The notes below the pieces were generated by a model that was given only the letters and a program-made list of their open reading frames with translations, was not told the origin of the DNA and did no database searches. Below, piece after piece: positions 1 through 12,431 of a stretch of DNA of 64,000 bases (position 1 is its first letter; each line of letters begins with the position of its first letter). The DNA comes from Vicugna vicugna (Eukaryota), in NCBI GenBank assembly GCA_013265495.1, contig MU058718.1:2232001-2296000 (forward strand), read 5' to 3'. The position numbers were made by a program, and so were the translations under genes.

Positions 1-99
1 AAAATGTTATGTAGGAAGTAAAATAGTAGAAGTATGTCCACACAAGGGCTTACGGGTCCACAGGGTAGGGCATAGTTCCTGGTGTGTCTAGAATGAAGG

Positions 100-340
100 T
101 GGGTATTTGTTAAGAAGGCTTCCTGAAGGATGTGGCACTTGGGATAAGCCTTAAAGGATGAGCAGGAGTTTGCTTGATGAAGAAATGGAAGGTGGAATAA
201 GCAGGGGAAACTGTGAGCCCAGGCATGGAGGTTAGAGCAGTTGGGAGAGGGTAGTTTTTAGTGGAGTGTGACATGTGAAGCAGGAAATGAGAGCACAGAA
301 GTAGGCAAGGGGTCCAAGGAAGGGATCTCTGTTCACCATG
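100..340 (-). mobile_element. L2 LINE remnant (resumes at about 1900-2100)
   Basis: gaaggcttcctgaaggatgtggcactt...aaggatgagcaggagtttgc is typical L2 3' region read on the reverse strand. Confidence 0.6.
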
Positions 341-639
341 GGAAGAAGCTGAAGCTTTTGGGTAGCGACTGGAGGGTGAGGAGTCCAGCTCCGGGCCAGA
401 ATCCTTGAGTGATCTTTCAGGCCCAACCACAGGCAGCTGCAGGCTTTGCCTGGCAGGCTTCATGGAGGGAAGGCGCCTGCCTACACAGACTTGGTGCATA
501 GCCAGCGCATTGCAGTTTTCTAGAGGAAACGGAGGTCAGGGACTCAGGCCTCTACCCCATCTCAATCCCCCAGGCCATACATGTTCATGTATATATACCT
601 GCCTTTATTTTATTTTTCACTTTTTAATAATATTTTATT

Positions 640-891
640 GAAGAAAATGAATTTTAACAAAGCCAAATTTATCAGTTTTATCTTTCATGGTTAGTACTTT
701 TTATGTCCAGTTTAAGAAATCTTTGTCAACCCCAAGAATATGATTTTCTTCTATATTTTATTTTAGACAGTTGACTATTTTATTTTTCCTGTATAGATCC
801 ATGATTCACCTCAAATTAATTTTTATATACAGTGTGAGGTAGAGGTCAAGGTTTATTGTTTTTCCGTACAGGTAACCAGTTGCTCTGGTAC
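640..891 (-). mobile_element. Old L1 fragment (ORF2 region), interrupted by an LTR
   Basis: tttaagaaatctttgtcaacccc...gtgtgaggtagaggtcaaggtttatt...ccagttgctctggtac is antisense L1 sequence. Confidence 0.75.
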
Positions 892-1886
892 TGTTACGCC
901 TTCCTTTTAGCCCCAGGTGTCTCCTTTTGAGGCCTCATCATCAGGGACCTTGCCTGAGGCACCTCCCAGATGCATCTGCTAAGACCTCCTTATCAGGGAT
1001 CTTGGGCTGGGCACTTTTTTCACTTTGACTCTTACCTTTCTTCTCCTAGCCCTTCCCCCCTCCTCCACCCCCAAATTTCCCCAGCCCATGGGTCCATAAA
1101 GAGGCGGGAGCCATCTCTTTGGGGCTCCTGGGAGTGAGATGATTCCTGCACCCATTGACCCTGGCTTGGAGCTGTTCCGTGATGAAGGTGGGGAATGCAC
1201 TGTTGTGGAGCTGATACAGGAAAGTGGGGCATGAGAGGATGGCCATGTCCCAGGTCTCGGGCGAGTCCCTGGGATGTGCCCTGCAAAGTGAGGGCCCTTG
1301 GCTTCACACAGGAAAGAATTCAAGAGTGAGCCATAGCTGAGTAAAAGTAGATTTGTTCAGAGAGACGCATAATTCATAGAGTGCAGGCTATCTCAGAAGG
1401 CCGCAGAGGCCATGAGGTGTGGAGGAGGTGGTTAGATTTTATGGGCTCAGTAACATCATATGCTAATAAATGGGAGGATCATTCTGACTACTTTTGGGGA
1501 AGGGGTGGCATTTCCAGGAACTGGGCCACTGCCCACTTTCTGACCTTTTATGGTCAGCCTCGGAACTGTCATGGCGCCTGTGGAAGTGCCATTTTCCACT
1601 CCAGTATATTACAATGAGCATATAATGAAGCTCATAGGCTGCTGGGAGTCAGACCTCCCGCCATCGTGGGCCTCAAGGTCTACTGGGAGTTGAATCTTCT
1701 GCCATCTTGGTGCTAATTGCTGTGTCATTCCTTTAATGGTTGTGCCCTGCCCCGCTCCCTCCTGTCTCAGAGCCAGTGCCTCTCTTTTTGCCTCTTGTTT
1801 GCACTGTTCAGCAAGTGAATAAAGTAAGTGAATAAAGCCTTACTTGTTACTTTTAGTTTGGTTCTCTGTCCTAAATGACCACCTCA
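892..1886 (+). mobile_element. ERV1-class solo LTR (outer), split by a second LTR
   Basis: TGTTAC...CCTCA termini. 4-bp TSD GTAC (888-891) / GCAC (1887-1890). TATA-like CATAAAG near 1096 and duplicated AATAAA at 1818 and 1831. Confidence 0.7.
1212..1769 (-). mobile_element. ERV1-class solo LTR (inner, 558 bp)
   Basis: Terminal inverted repeats TGATACAGG...CCTGTCTCA and a perfect 4-bp TSD GAGC at 1208-1211 and 1770-1773. Confidence 0.85.
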
Positions 1887-2954
1887 GCACCTAATTGCTC
1901 AACAGAGGGCTGTGGGCAGGTAAGTGATGTGATCACATTAGCACTTGAGAGCTCTTTCTGGTGGGCATGAGACAAATTTTTGTCCAAGTACAACTGTTGT
2001 GTGGCCACTGCACAATCTAGGGAAGACAGCAAAGAAGTAGTTTCTTTTTAATGTTTAGGAGGTGAAATTAACTGGACTTGGTAATGGTTAATTTGGTAAC
2101 AATCAGCAAATCTACAAACATAAAATAATCCTCATCTCTTCTTTCCCCTCCTTCCCACCTTGCTCAGCGCCACATCCTTTCCTCCTTCTGATCTGATCAC
2201 CATCTGAAGCAGGCGAGGAAGAAGAACTTATTTATAGGAGAAAATGAGTCCACTTTAACAAGTCAGATGCCCATTGTACCTGAGTCTCGAGTAGGCAACT
2301 GTAGGAGTTTGCACCCCCGAGGAGTGTTGTCAACATGTAGGGCATCCAGGGAGCATCCTAGGACAACACCAACAAATAAGGGAAGAAGAAATTGAGTGGG
2401 GAAAAAAATGTCAGGGAAGTAGAATTCCAAAGAGGCAGTATCGTTTTTGTTTAAAATGTAAGAAAAATGACTTGCTGAAGACAATATTTTACAACAACTT
2501 TCAGTAATGATATTTAGAATGTGCCCTGTCATAGCTGTACCTTACAGACTGCCATGAGGAACAAAATGCCTTTCAGTCCATCACCCTACCTCTGTGTACT
2601 CAAAGCATCGGTTTGAACTACCCAGTGCCTGGTGAGCGGTTCCTCCCTCTTGTACTGTTTCCGGTTGCGTACTGTTCATAGAAAAGGAACTGACTGCTGC
2701 TTGATATCTTTTTCCCTCTTTTCTGTCATGTTTTGAACTTTTATTCTTATTAATTTCTAGGTGCTCTCCTTATATGAAGGAGATGCAAACTGTACGTTTT
2801 CCTGTTTGTCATTTATCTTTTGTATTTCCCTATTTTGTTCATTTAAGTATCATCAGGTCAAATTTATCTTTTCTCTTTTGACTTCTGGCTTTTAAGTTGT
2901 ACTAAGGTCTCCCTTATGCTCTTGTTACTAAAGAATTCACTTTTTAACGAAAAC

Positions 2955-4830
2955 AAATAGACTTCTTTAGAGGAGTTTTAGAATTACAGAAAATTGAACA
3001 GATAGGACAGAGAATTCCCATACACCTCCTTTGTCCTCTGTACTTAATTTCCTCTGTTAACATTTTGCATTAGTGTGGTGTATTTGTTACAATTTATGAA
3101 TTAAAAATACTGACACATTATTATCAACCAAAATGCATAGTTTATATTAGAGTTCATTCTGTATTGTATAGTTCTATGATTTTGACAAGTGTGTAATGAC
3201 ATGTACCCATCATTATAGTATCAACCAGAATAGTTTCACTGCCCTAAAAACCCCTGTGCTCCACCTATTCTCCTTTCCTTTCCTCTCCCCAGTCACTCAT
3301 CTTATTTCACTGTCTCTATAGTTCTGCCTTTTTTAGAGAGCTGCGTACTTGGAATTGTAACTGAGCAAAAGGGCTCATGTGTCAGTTTTGCAGAAAGCGA
3401 AACTTTTTAAAGGGGAAGAACAGAGAAGCTGGAATTAATCATTATCTAGTGACATTTCTTAATTGTAGTTTTAAGAGTTGAGATTCCTACACAGTTTTTG
3501 AGTCTCTGGTCTGGTGGTCCATGGCCTGGGGCAGGAGGTTGGGGAGCTGTCTGTGAGCTCATCTTGGCCTGGAGAAACAGCCTGAGTCTGTACGTTATCA
3601 ACGACAGTAATTTTAATACATTAGCGATGTTATCACCAATAGCAATTTTAGTCATCTGACTCTGGTTGATTAGTGTTCAGTTAGTATAAGATTGAAGTCA
3701 GAGGGGACAAGAAAGGGAATAAAGTTTTGGATAGACAAGTTAATTATACTTGGTAGGGGAATTGGTTTTAGAGGGACTTGGTTTCAGAATCATTGCATGT
3801 AACCTTTTCAGATTGGCTTCTTAGGAATAGGTTTTTAAGGTTCCTCCATGTCTTTTCATGGTTTGATAGTTCATTTCTCTTTATTGCTGAATTATATGCT
3901 GTTGTATGGATGTATCACTGTTTCTTTATCCACAGTCACCTATTGAAGGACATCTTGATTGCTTTCCAGTTTTGACAATTATGAATGAAACTGCTATAAA
4001 GTTTGTGGGTAGGTTTTTTTTGTATTGATGTGATTTTCAACTCATTTGGGTACTTAGGGGTGTGATTTCTAGATCATATGGTAAGACTATATTTAGCTTT
4101 ATAAGAAACTGCAGAACTGTCTTCCAAAGTGGCTGTATCATTTTGCTTTACCACCTACATTGAATGAGTTTCTGTTACTCTACATCCTTGCCAACATTTG
4201 GTACTGTTAATTTTTTTTTCATTGTAGCCATTCTAATAGGTGTGTAGTGATACCTTGTTTCAATTTACAGCTTCCTAATGACATATGATACTGAGCATCT
4301 TTTAGTATTTTTATTTGCCATCTGAATATTTTCTTTGGTGGGGTATCTCTTCAGCTCTTTAGCCCATATTTTAATAGGGTTGTTTTCTCATTGTTGACTT
4401 TTAAGGGTTCTTTTGTATATTTTGGATACAAGTTCTTTATCAGATACATGTTTTGCAAATATTTTTCTCCCAATCTGTGGCTTGTATTTTCATTCTCTTA
4501 ACAGTATCTTTTGCAGAGGAGAAGTTTTTAATAGTAGTGAAGTCCTGCTTAACAATTTTTTCTTTCATGGATCATGCTTTTGGTGTTGTATCTAAAAATT
4601 CATTGCCAAATCCAGGATTACCAAGATTTTCTTCTATGTTATCCTCTGGAAGGTTTATAGTCGTATGTTTTACATTTAAGTCTCTGGAACTTTCATGAAA
4701 GGTATAAAATTCACTTGTTGCATGTGGACATCCAGTTGTTTTAGCACCCTTTGTTGAAAAGACTATCTTTTCTCTGTTAAAATTGCCTTTGCTCCTTTGT
4801 CAAAGATCAGACTCTATTTATGTGGGTGTA
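2955..4830 (-). mobile_element. L1 (L1MB/L1MC-type) 3' portion, interrupted at 3356-3786; older L1 sequence continues to about 5640
   Basis: Recognisable L1 3' UTR (gagttttagaattacagaaaattgaacagatagg) and ORF2 antisense text (ttccaaagtggctgtatcattttgc, tttgcaaatatttttctccca). Confidence 0.85.
3356..3786 (-). mobile_element. ERV1-class solo LTR (431 bp) inserted in L1
   Basis: TGTAAC...GTTTCA termini and a perfect 4-bp TSD GAAT (3352-3355, 3787-3790). L1 sequence is continuous once it is removed. Confidence 0.85.
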
Positions 4831-6603
4831 TTTCTTCTCTTAATATTTCAGTGGTTCAGTTTTACATTTAAATCTTTGCTTTGTTTGGAATTTAACTGGG
4901 TGACTGATGCAAGCAATGAATTTAGCTTTATTGTTAGTCTAGTGGCTAAATAACTGTCTCAATATAGCTGAGATTAATGAATTTCAGTTTTCAAGATGCC
5001 ATTTTTTTCACACTAAACTTTCATTTATATTTGGGTCTACTTTTGGACTTTCTATTTCATTAATTTGTCTTTTTTTTTTAAATTAGTACTGTTGTTTTCA
5101 TTACTGATGCTTATACTATATGAAAGGTCTATGCTCCTTCACAGTTCCATTTTTAGAATTACATTTTTGTTTTGTTTACATGTGACATTTAAAATTACCT
5201 TGTCCAATTTCTTCCCCTCCCTGACTAAATCCTAGTGGCATTAAATTTATAAGTTATTTTAGGGATAATTGACATCTTTAGAATGAAACTTGCCTTCCCA
5301 GAATCAGATGTCTTTCCATTTATTCAAGGTTTTTTTTTGTGTGTCCTCTAGTAGTGTTTTAACACTTTCTTGGTATATGCTTAGACCACTTGAATTTATT
5401 ACTAGGTATTTTATATCTTTTATTTCTATTGTAAATGGGTTCTTTTCTTCCGTTGTCGTCTAGTACACACACACTGATAAATTTTTTGTATGTGTGTATG
5501 TATGCATAATATATATAACATGTATATATGTATATGAAAGATAAAAGTATAATATATACTTATATGTATAATTTGTATGTATATAAAAATATTGACATCT
5601 GTGTATTAAGTTTATTCCCTTTGACCTTACTGAATTTTTGTTATTTAAAAAAAGACTGGAGAAACAATGTCCTTATTGTAGCATGGATGAGAAATACAGA
5701 AAGCCATGGACTTCTCCCCGGAAATTCTTCATAATGCGTTACCCAGAGCTAAATGGTTATTTAATTATTTATTTTTGTTTATATCCTTAAGTTTTTTGTT
5801 AGACACTGTTACCTGATATTAAATATATACCTAAGAGCTATATGAACATATTATATAAATCTTCTGTGTTTGCATTTATTAGGCAGTAGTTAAACAGGAA
5901 GCCAAAATTTACTGGCATTTCCTCCATTTGCCAAAATTGATCAACATACACATTCAAATATATTAATTGCAGTTAACTTGTCAGTTATTTTTGACCCAAA
6001 TCCGCTACTTAGCCTGATTATCAAGGAGAAGAAATATTTGCATATAATGAATATCGAGATTGTTTTCATATTTCTCAAAACATATATGAACTGAAAGCTT
6101 ACATTTGAGAATATTTACATTGCTTTATTTGTCTTGCTTTTTAGAAATGTGAACCTGTGCTGTTATTTTCTTTCCCCAGAGCATTTGAATTTGTTCTTTA
6201 TGTAGAATGTTTTGATTGAGATCGGTGACCCACAGCTACATCTGAACTTTGCTTCCTTTGTAACAGAAAAGATCAAGGTTTTAGATAATTTCTTATTCTC
6301 AGAATATAGGAAAATTGCCATTGGGAAGAATTAAATTAGTAAAAATCTAAGAATAGAATAACAGGTATAAACTTAGGTTAGCCTTTACACTAAATATTTT
6401 AAGAATTACGTATTTTTGAACCATTATCGCCAATGAAGTAGTGTTTTTTTTAGGACATTTTAAATATTCCTAAAACATCATTGATTAAGAATATACTGAC
6501 TTATTGGCCTATTAAAATTTTTCACATATTGATTTTTCAGGGTATATTAATGAATTCCAAGTGTTTAGAGTACAGCATAGTACTGTGTATGTAAGAAAGG
6601 GAG

Positions 6604-7155
6604 CGTTAAGTCCAAAATTCTGAAGGGTCTTAGGTGTTACTCAGCTAGCATATATACTTGCAGAAACACCAAGCCTCTGAATCAGAAAGCAGATGACATA
6701 CTCTTCAGTACCAGCAGCCAGGGTAACACAGTACCGCTCCATCCCCATACCCAGTTCTCCTCAGAGCTACAAGGTGAGAGCCACAGGCTTAACATCTGTA
6801 CTTGGAGTGAGGTCTGGAGAAGGAGGACTTAAATGATGCATCTCTGAGCTTATTTAGGAGCTGGCACATCTACTTTTTCTTTCTGGAGATAGAGTGCTTA
6901 TCTTTTTCTCTGGAATTTAAACAAACCACTTGGGGCAGGGGTAGAAGGTCTCTACCCAAAATATAGGCATTTAGCTCCAGGGAAGATGAGAAAGGTCTTA
7001 CTACCTCTGAATGGGAGTAGATGGCTCCAGAGAAAAGGAGGCAAGAGTAGAACGTGAAGAGGAGACGTTCTCTTTGCGTCATGCCAGTTTTCATCTTCCG
7101 GAGACCTGGGCTGTGCAGGAACACTGAGAAATCCAGGAACGATTGTCCTCTAACA
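6604..7155 (-). mobile_element. ERVL-class solo LTR, LTR40/LTR41-like
   Basis: Reverse strand begins TGTTAGAGGACAATCGTTCCTGGATTTCTCAGTGTTCCTGCACA. Shares motifs (gaagggtct, ctggagatagag) with the LTR40-like copy near 62.2-62.7 kb. Confidence 0.55.
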
Positions 7156-7458
7156 GAGGCATGTGTAAATATATATTTATGGCATATACGTGTTTGGTAT
7201 AAATACTTCAAAGTTTCACAGGAAACTGATTCTTGGTTTATGGACATGGGATGGGGAAGCGGGGGTGGGCGAAGGAGTTGTAGGTAGACTCTTCACTCTT
7301 CAACTTTTCAGATACTTTCTGTGTTTTGAATCATACCAGAGGGTTACCAGTTTGCAAGATGAACAAAATTTAAATTAAAAGTAAGAATTTAGATTTACAG
7401 TCTAAAAATTCTTAGCTCTGTTTTCTAAAATATGTGTAGTTAAAACTGATGAAATTGT

Positions 7459-7569
7459 AGAGGGGAGAGTATAGCTCAGTGGTAGAGCACATGCCCAGCA
7501 TGCACAAGGTCCTGGGTTCAATCCCCAGTACCTCCATTAAAAAACAAGAATGAAAACAAACAAATAAAA
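7459..7569 (+). mobile_element. tRNA-derived SINE, camelid Vic-1 type (short form)
   Basis: GGGGAGAGTATAGCTCAGTGGTAGAGC (A box)...GGTTCAATCCCC (B box), A-rich tail, degenerate TSD AAAACTGATGAAATTGT / AAAACTTGATGGAACTGT. Confidence 0.9.
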
Positions 7570-9115
7570 AAAACTTGATGGAACTGTGTGGCTTGATAAG
7601 TGTGAGGAAAATTTTACTTCCCAGCTTCTAGATGGGATGAAGAAGGGTATTATTGAGAAGAAGAAAGTACCAGTCTTTATTTGTTGATTGAGAATCCCCT
7701 ATATCTCATCAGTCTGAGGCAAGGCAGTTAGAGGTGCAGGAGACTGAGGCACTCTGATCCCAAATGTGCTTTGGAGTGATACATGAAGAAGTCAGGGTTT
7801 TTGGAGGATTTGAGTCCCCATTCCTTATTATCCATCCTTTGGTCCTAGCATTTGATCATTTCTGACTGCTAATTTTCCTCATTTTTAAATGTTAAAATTG
7901 AAGCTGCTTGAGATTTTTGTGAAGATAGAATAAAGTAGCACATGTGAAAGTATGTTTTGGGTTTTACCCATTGCTCTACAAATGTTAGTTGCTTTTTTCT
8001 GTATAATACAGAAAGTCTTATTTTGCAATTAAGGAATCAAAAAAGCGGTCCAAATTCAGATACCTACCTGCGGTTCTGTTTCGCACATGCTGCTAACAGC
8101 AGTGGGTTCGTGCTGGTTGATGCTGTGACAGTTGCTGGGGATAGTTGCCGTGAGGCAGCAGCTGCAAACAAAGGCCATTTATTTTCCTAGTCGTTGTTGA
8201 CCCCCAGAAATCACCAAATGATACAAAAAGGAAAGATTATCTGGTGCTATAAAAAAACAATGAAATCTTACCGACTCTTTATTAAGATGTGCTAACTGAT
8301 ATTCTTGTGACAATATTTTGTCCAATGGAGGGTTTCTTTCCCTTTAAGTTGATATACTACTCATAAAAATATGAACTTCAAATATTAGGGGAATTATTTT
8401 CACCTGTCATAGGTTCTGCTAATATTTTATTTTTAACACATTACTGCGGAGCCCGGGTATTGAACCTTTGGGTGATGTTACTGTAGCACCTCTGAGGAAG
8501 GCTCCTCTTCCTCCCAAGCCCCTGATTGTGCCCATGCTGGTCCCTTCCTGATAGGCTTTGAGCTACTGCTCATTCTTTTATCTCTGTCAGGTTTGTTCCT
8601 ATACAATATTATCAGGTGGGTTCTTGGTTGATAGTGACATACTGGGAAATTTTAATAAAAAAATGACTTGTCTTGGATTTGAATTCCTCACAGCTCCAAG
8701 TCAGTTGGTAGTAATGGTTATATCCCCAAACCGTGCTCTCTTATACAGAGTCCTGCCTGTGTGTAGCATCGTGCATGGCATATATTAGGTGTTCAAAAAA
8801 TACTGGATTGGTGGATGAATGAATTGGAAAGCTTCTTTTTGGTTGTTAAAAATTGGAGGAGCAGAAGTGTTCTTATGTTCTAAGCCCGTAAGATTGTTTC
8901 TGGTGATAAGAACTCAAGAAGTGGTAAGCTAGTAGGAGAATATACAACGTATGACAAAAAGGCTAAGGCTGATGGGTTCAAACTTTGTTATACTTGTACT
9001 CACACTTCAGAGATGACTTCTGTTTTGTTTTTTCAAATTATACTAATTTAGAAAATGCTTAATAAAATATTTTGGGATACTTCATTTTATACATGGACCT
9101 GCCTAGCATAATCTA

Positions 9116-9458
9116 TAGTCATCCCTTGGTATCCGAGGGGGGTTGGTTTCAGTACCTCCTCACACCTCCCCTCCCCCCTATAGATGGCAAAATTTGTAGA
9201 TGCTCAAGTTCCATATATAAAATGATGTGGTATTTGCATATAACCTATACACACCCTCCCAGATACTTTAAATCATCTGTAGATTATTTATAATACCTAG
9301 TACAATGTAAATGCTGTGTAAATAGTTGTCAGTGGATGGCAAGTTCAAGTTTTGCTTTTTAAAACTACGTAGCTTTTTTTTTTTTTCCCGGAATATTTTC
9401 CATCAGCGATCAGCTGAATCTCCGAATGAGGAACCCATGGAATATGGAGGGTCAACCG
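9116..9458 (+). mobile_element. MER2-like TcMar-Tigger non-autonomous DNA element
   Basis: (c/t)AGTCATCCCTTGGTATCC...GGAATATGGAGGGTCAACCG inverted termini, TA on both sides, internal tatttgcatataacctatacacaccctccc. Confidence 0.85.
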
Positions 9459-10239
9459 TAATTTTAATTTAGATGAAAGTAACTTACCTCTTTCTCTACC
9501 TGTGTTCTCCTTCTTTCTTCTTCTCTCTCTTTTTTTCCCCTCCCTTTTTCTGTCCTACGGGTTTTGGTAAGGCAAAATAGAAGTAACATTTCCTTTTCAT
9601 TGGTTTTTTTAAAGTATGAGTAATGACAGAAATATAATTTTAAAAGTGGTCTTTTAAAAAAAAAAAAGAAAGGCTGAACAACCTGCTGCTCTAAAAGCAG
9701 GATCAGGTAAACACTTCAGTTCCTTTTTTTCTGACACTCGTCAGTTCTTGGCCATGTATCTTCCTAATGGCTGTGTTAGGAGGGTCTCAGGAAAAGTATG
9801 CCAAGGAATAGGAAGGCCTTTCTGGGGCAAGAAGAGCTCCCAGGTCAGAGCAGGCCCAGGCTGTTTTATCCCATCTTTAGAGCAGGAAAATCCCAAGACA
9901 GACTTTTCCTTTAACCCCTTTCTCCTCTTTGGAACTGGGGTGAAGGAGCACAGGCTTGTGGAATGGCTCCTATGGATCCCTAGATGTCCCCATATTCTGG
10001 AAATTAACTTTAAAAATATATTAAAGTTAGGAAGCCACTGGGAACAATCACAGAGATCATTAGATTATGAATGTCATTAGTGTTGGTTATTATTACCTCA
10101 TGGATAATGACTCCTTAATGAGCTTTGGGACATTAGGCAAGGTAGCCTCTTTAAGCCCCATGACCTTATCTGTAAAATGGAGTTAATGACGATACCAATC
10201 TCAGATGGTTGCCAGGAAAATTACACAAGACTGAGTGCA

Positions 10240-10760
10240 TTGCTGGGTGTTCTTAGTGATAAGCCCCAGAATCTGGGTCTGACTGGTTTAAGCAGAAAAG
10301 GATTTGGAGCAGACACAGGAAATCTCAGGTTCACTAGGAGGGTTGGTGAACTAGACTTAGGTTCACACAGCTCTGGGTTACAGTCCTAGTCATGGCACAG
10401 AGCTGATCTCGCGGGGACTGCTGCATTACTGCTGGGCGCTGCCTGCACTGCGGCTGTCATGAGCACTGTTGTCATTCCTGCCTTCGAAGCTGACTATTGC
10501 TGCTACTGACTGCTTCTGGAAATAATTCTGCACTGTCCTGATTCTTTACATCCCAGGCTAAGATGTCAGACAAGTGATTCTGGGTCATATAGCCATGCCT
10601 AGCAGCAGGGAGCCTGGAAAAGCAAATTTACAGTATTATTAGCTTGTAGGAGGGGACTTGGGCTCTGCCCACCATGAAGACTTAGGGAACAGGATTCCCA
10701 AGGCAAAAGAGAGGACGCAAGAGCCAGGCAGTCCCCAAACTGATAAATTGCCGCTACTTA
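10240..10760 (-). mobile_element. Ancient MaLR LTR (MLT1-type)
   Basis: ctgactggtttaagcagaaaaggattt...aggattcccaaggcaaaagagagg resembles reverse-strand MLT1K/L sequence. Confidence 0.55.
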
Positions 10761-11504
10761 TTAAGTACTATGCCTGATATGTGGGAAGTGCCCCCCCCAA
10801 ACACTGGCTTTTATTAATTTATATTTGCCTGTCTTTATTGAGAAAAAAGGTTAGGGAGATTTCTACTCCCAGATTTGATTTTTGAAGTAAATGGATTAGA
10901 GCTGCTAGGGAAATAAAAGTAAATGCATGGATGTAATTCCCAAGCCGGGAATTTACATGGCAGTCCAATTAAGTTCAGTAGGTGGTGCCTCCCAGCAGTT
11001 CTGAAGTAACGCAGTTTGCTTGTTAGCCAAAATGTATAAGCAGCCGATAGCCCAGACAACCACTGATACTCTCCTGCCGTTCATTAGTTGCCTCCCTTTT
11101 TACCTGGTTTACCATTTATGAGTGTTCAGTAATAACAGTTTAAGAAGTTCTGGGTGAAGTGTCAGAAGACCTGGATTTGAATCTCAGCTCTACCATTGAC
11201 TCCTCGTATGACCCTGTATGAAGCAGGTTAATCCCTCAGACTCTTTCCTCTGTGTGTGTGTGTGTATGTGTATTTTTGTGTCTGTGGATAATACAGAACT
11301 TCCCAAGAATATCATTGATTATTTAAACAAAAACATGTGAAAATATCTAGCAAATAGAGAGTACTGCTCAGTAAATGTTTCTTTTAAAAACAAAACAAGA
11401 GCCCTGGGAGTTGTAGAAGTTCAAGTTTTAGATTTCTTTTAAAAAGTTGAAGAAATTAATAATATGTAGGTAAATATTTAAGCCAGTGTAATTTAGGGCA
11501 ACCA

Positions 11505-11949
11505 TTTCAGGGTGCCCCTGAAGTCACAATATTCTTATAATAATACTTCACTTTCATTCTTTCATGAGTGCAGTTTCTAGAGGCTACATGACGTGTTGTG
11601 TGTGTGGTCACAACAGAATGAGTGAAGAAGCAGAAATAAGAATCCACCTGTCTTCCCTCTAGTCCAGTGCTAAGGAGATTTGCAGAAATGTAAAACAATG
11701 CCACTCTCTTCATTAGAGTTTTCTTTTGATATGGAAAATTTAGTTATTTTAAAATAAAAAGTGTTATGTTAATATGCAATGGTATTTATTTTTATTTTTA
11801 AAAGAATAACAAATATTTAAAATTGCTACTTTAATTTCTATTTTGGCAACTATTAATAGATATACTCTATAAACAAAAGCCCTTTGAGGAGCTCAATAAT
11901 TTTTAAGGGCATAAAGGGACCCTGAGACCAAAAAGTTTGAGAACGTCTG
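11505..11949 (+). mobile_element. hAT-Charlie (Charlie1-family) deletion derivative
   Basis: agaggctacatgacgtg...gagatttgcagaaatgtaaaacaatgccactct...ctgagaccaaaaagtttgagaacgtctg terminus. Confidence 0.8.
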
Positions 11950-12431
11950 TATTAATGGGAAGTGCTATGTTTTCCCTAAGAGAAAAGTATGATTGACTTA
12001 TTTACTGGAGTGAACATTTGCTTATTTAAGGGTATGTGGACTTGGAACAACTTTTAAAAATTCTTAAAGTTTATACTAACAAATGTACACACACACACAA
12101 ACATGCATGTGAGGATTAGGTGGAATTGTTGGGGATAGAGAATTTATATAGAAGTAGAAAATTTAAAAAGAAGATTCTTTTGGATGAAGGAATATGATCA
12201 GTTATTCTGATTTATACATTAAGATGATGATTTGGAAGAATTAAGGTCAAGTGGAAATATCACTGAATTAGGAGTGAAAAAACCTGTTTTATGTTCTGTT
12301 TCTGTTTCTGGCTCCTCAGGCAGGCTCCTCAATTCAGTAAATATGTTTTTGAATAAATAAGCTCTTCAATGTTTTGATCTTTATTTCTTCACATGAAGAA
12401 TGGGAATAAAAAATTTCTGCCTTACGTTTTC

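Noticed and set aside
110..1617. Cluster of 60-130 aa ORFs at the window start
   Set aside because: All overlap L2 or LTR sequence or its GC-richer flank and show no protein homology that I recognise.
2140..2700. Possible processed pseudogene or hidden exon in non-repetitive sequence
   Set aside because: The translations I tried match nothing I recognise. There is no poly(A) or TSD, and it is not the expected upstream TXNDC16 exon.
7459..7535. tRNA gene
   Set aside because: It has A and B boxes, but also an A-rich tail, a TSD, imperfect stems and two more diverged copies in the window. It is a SINE.
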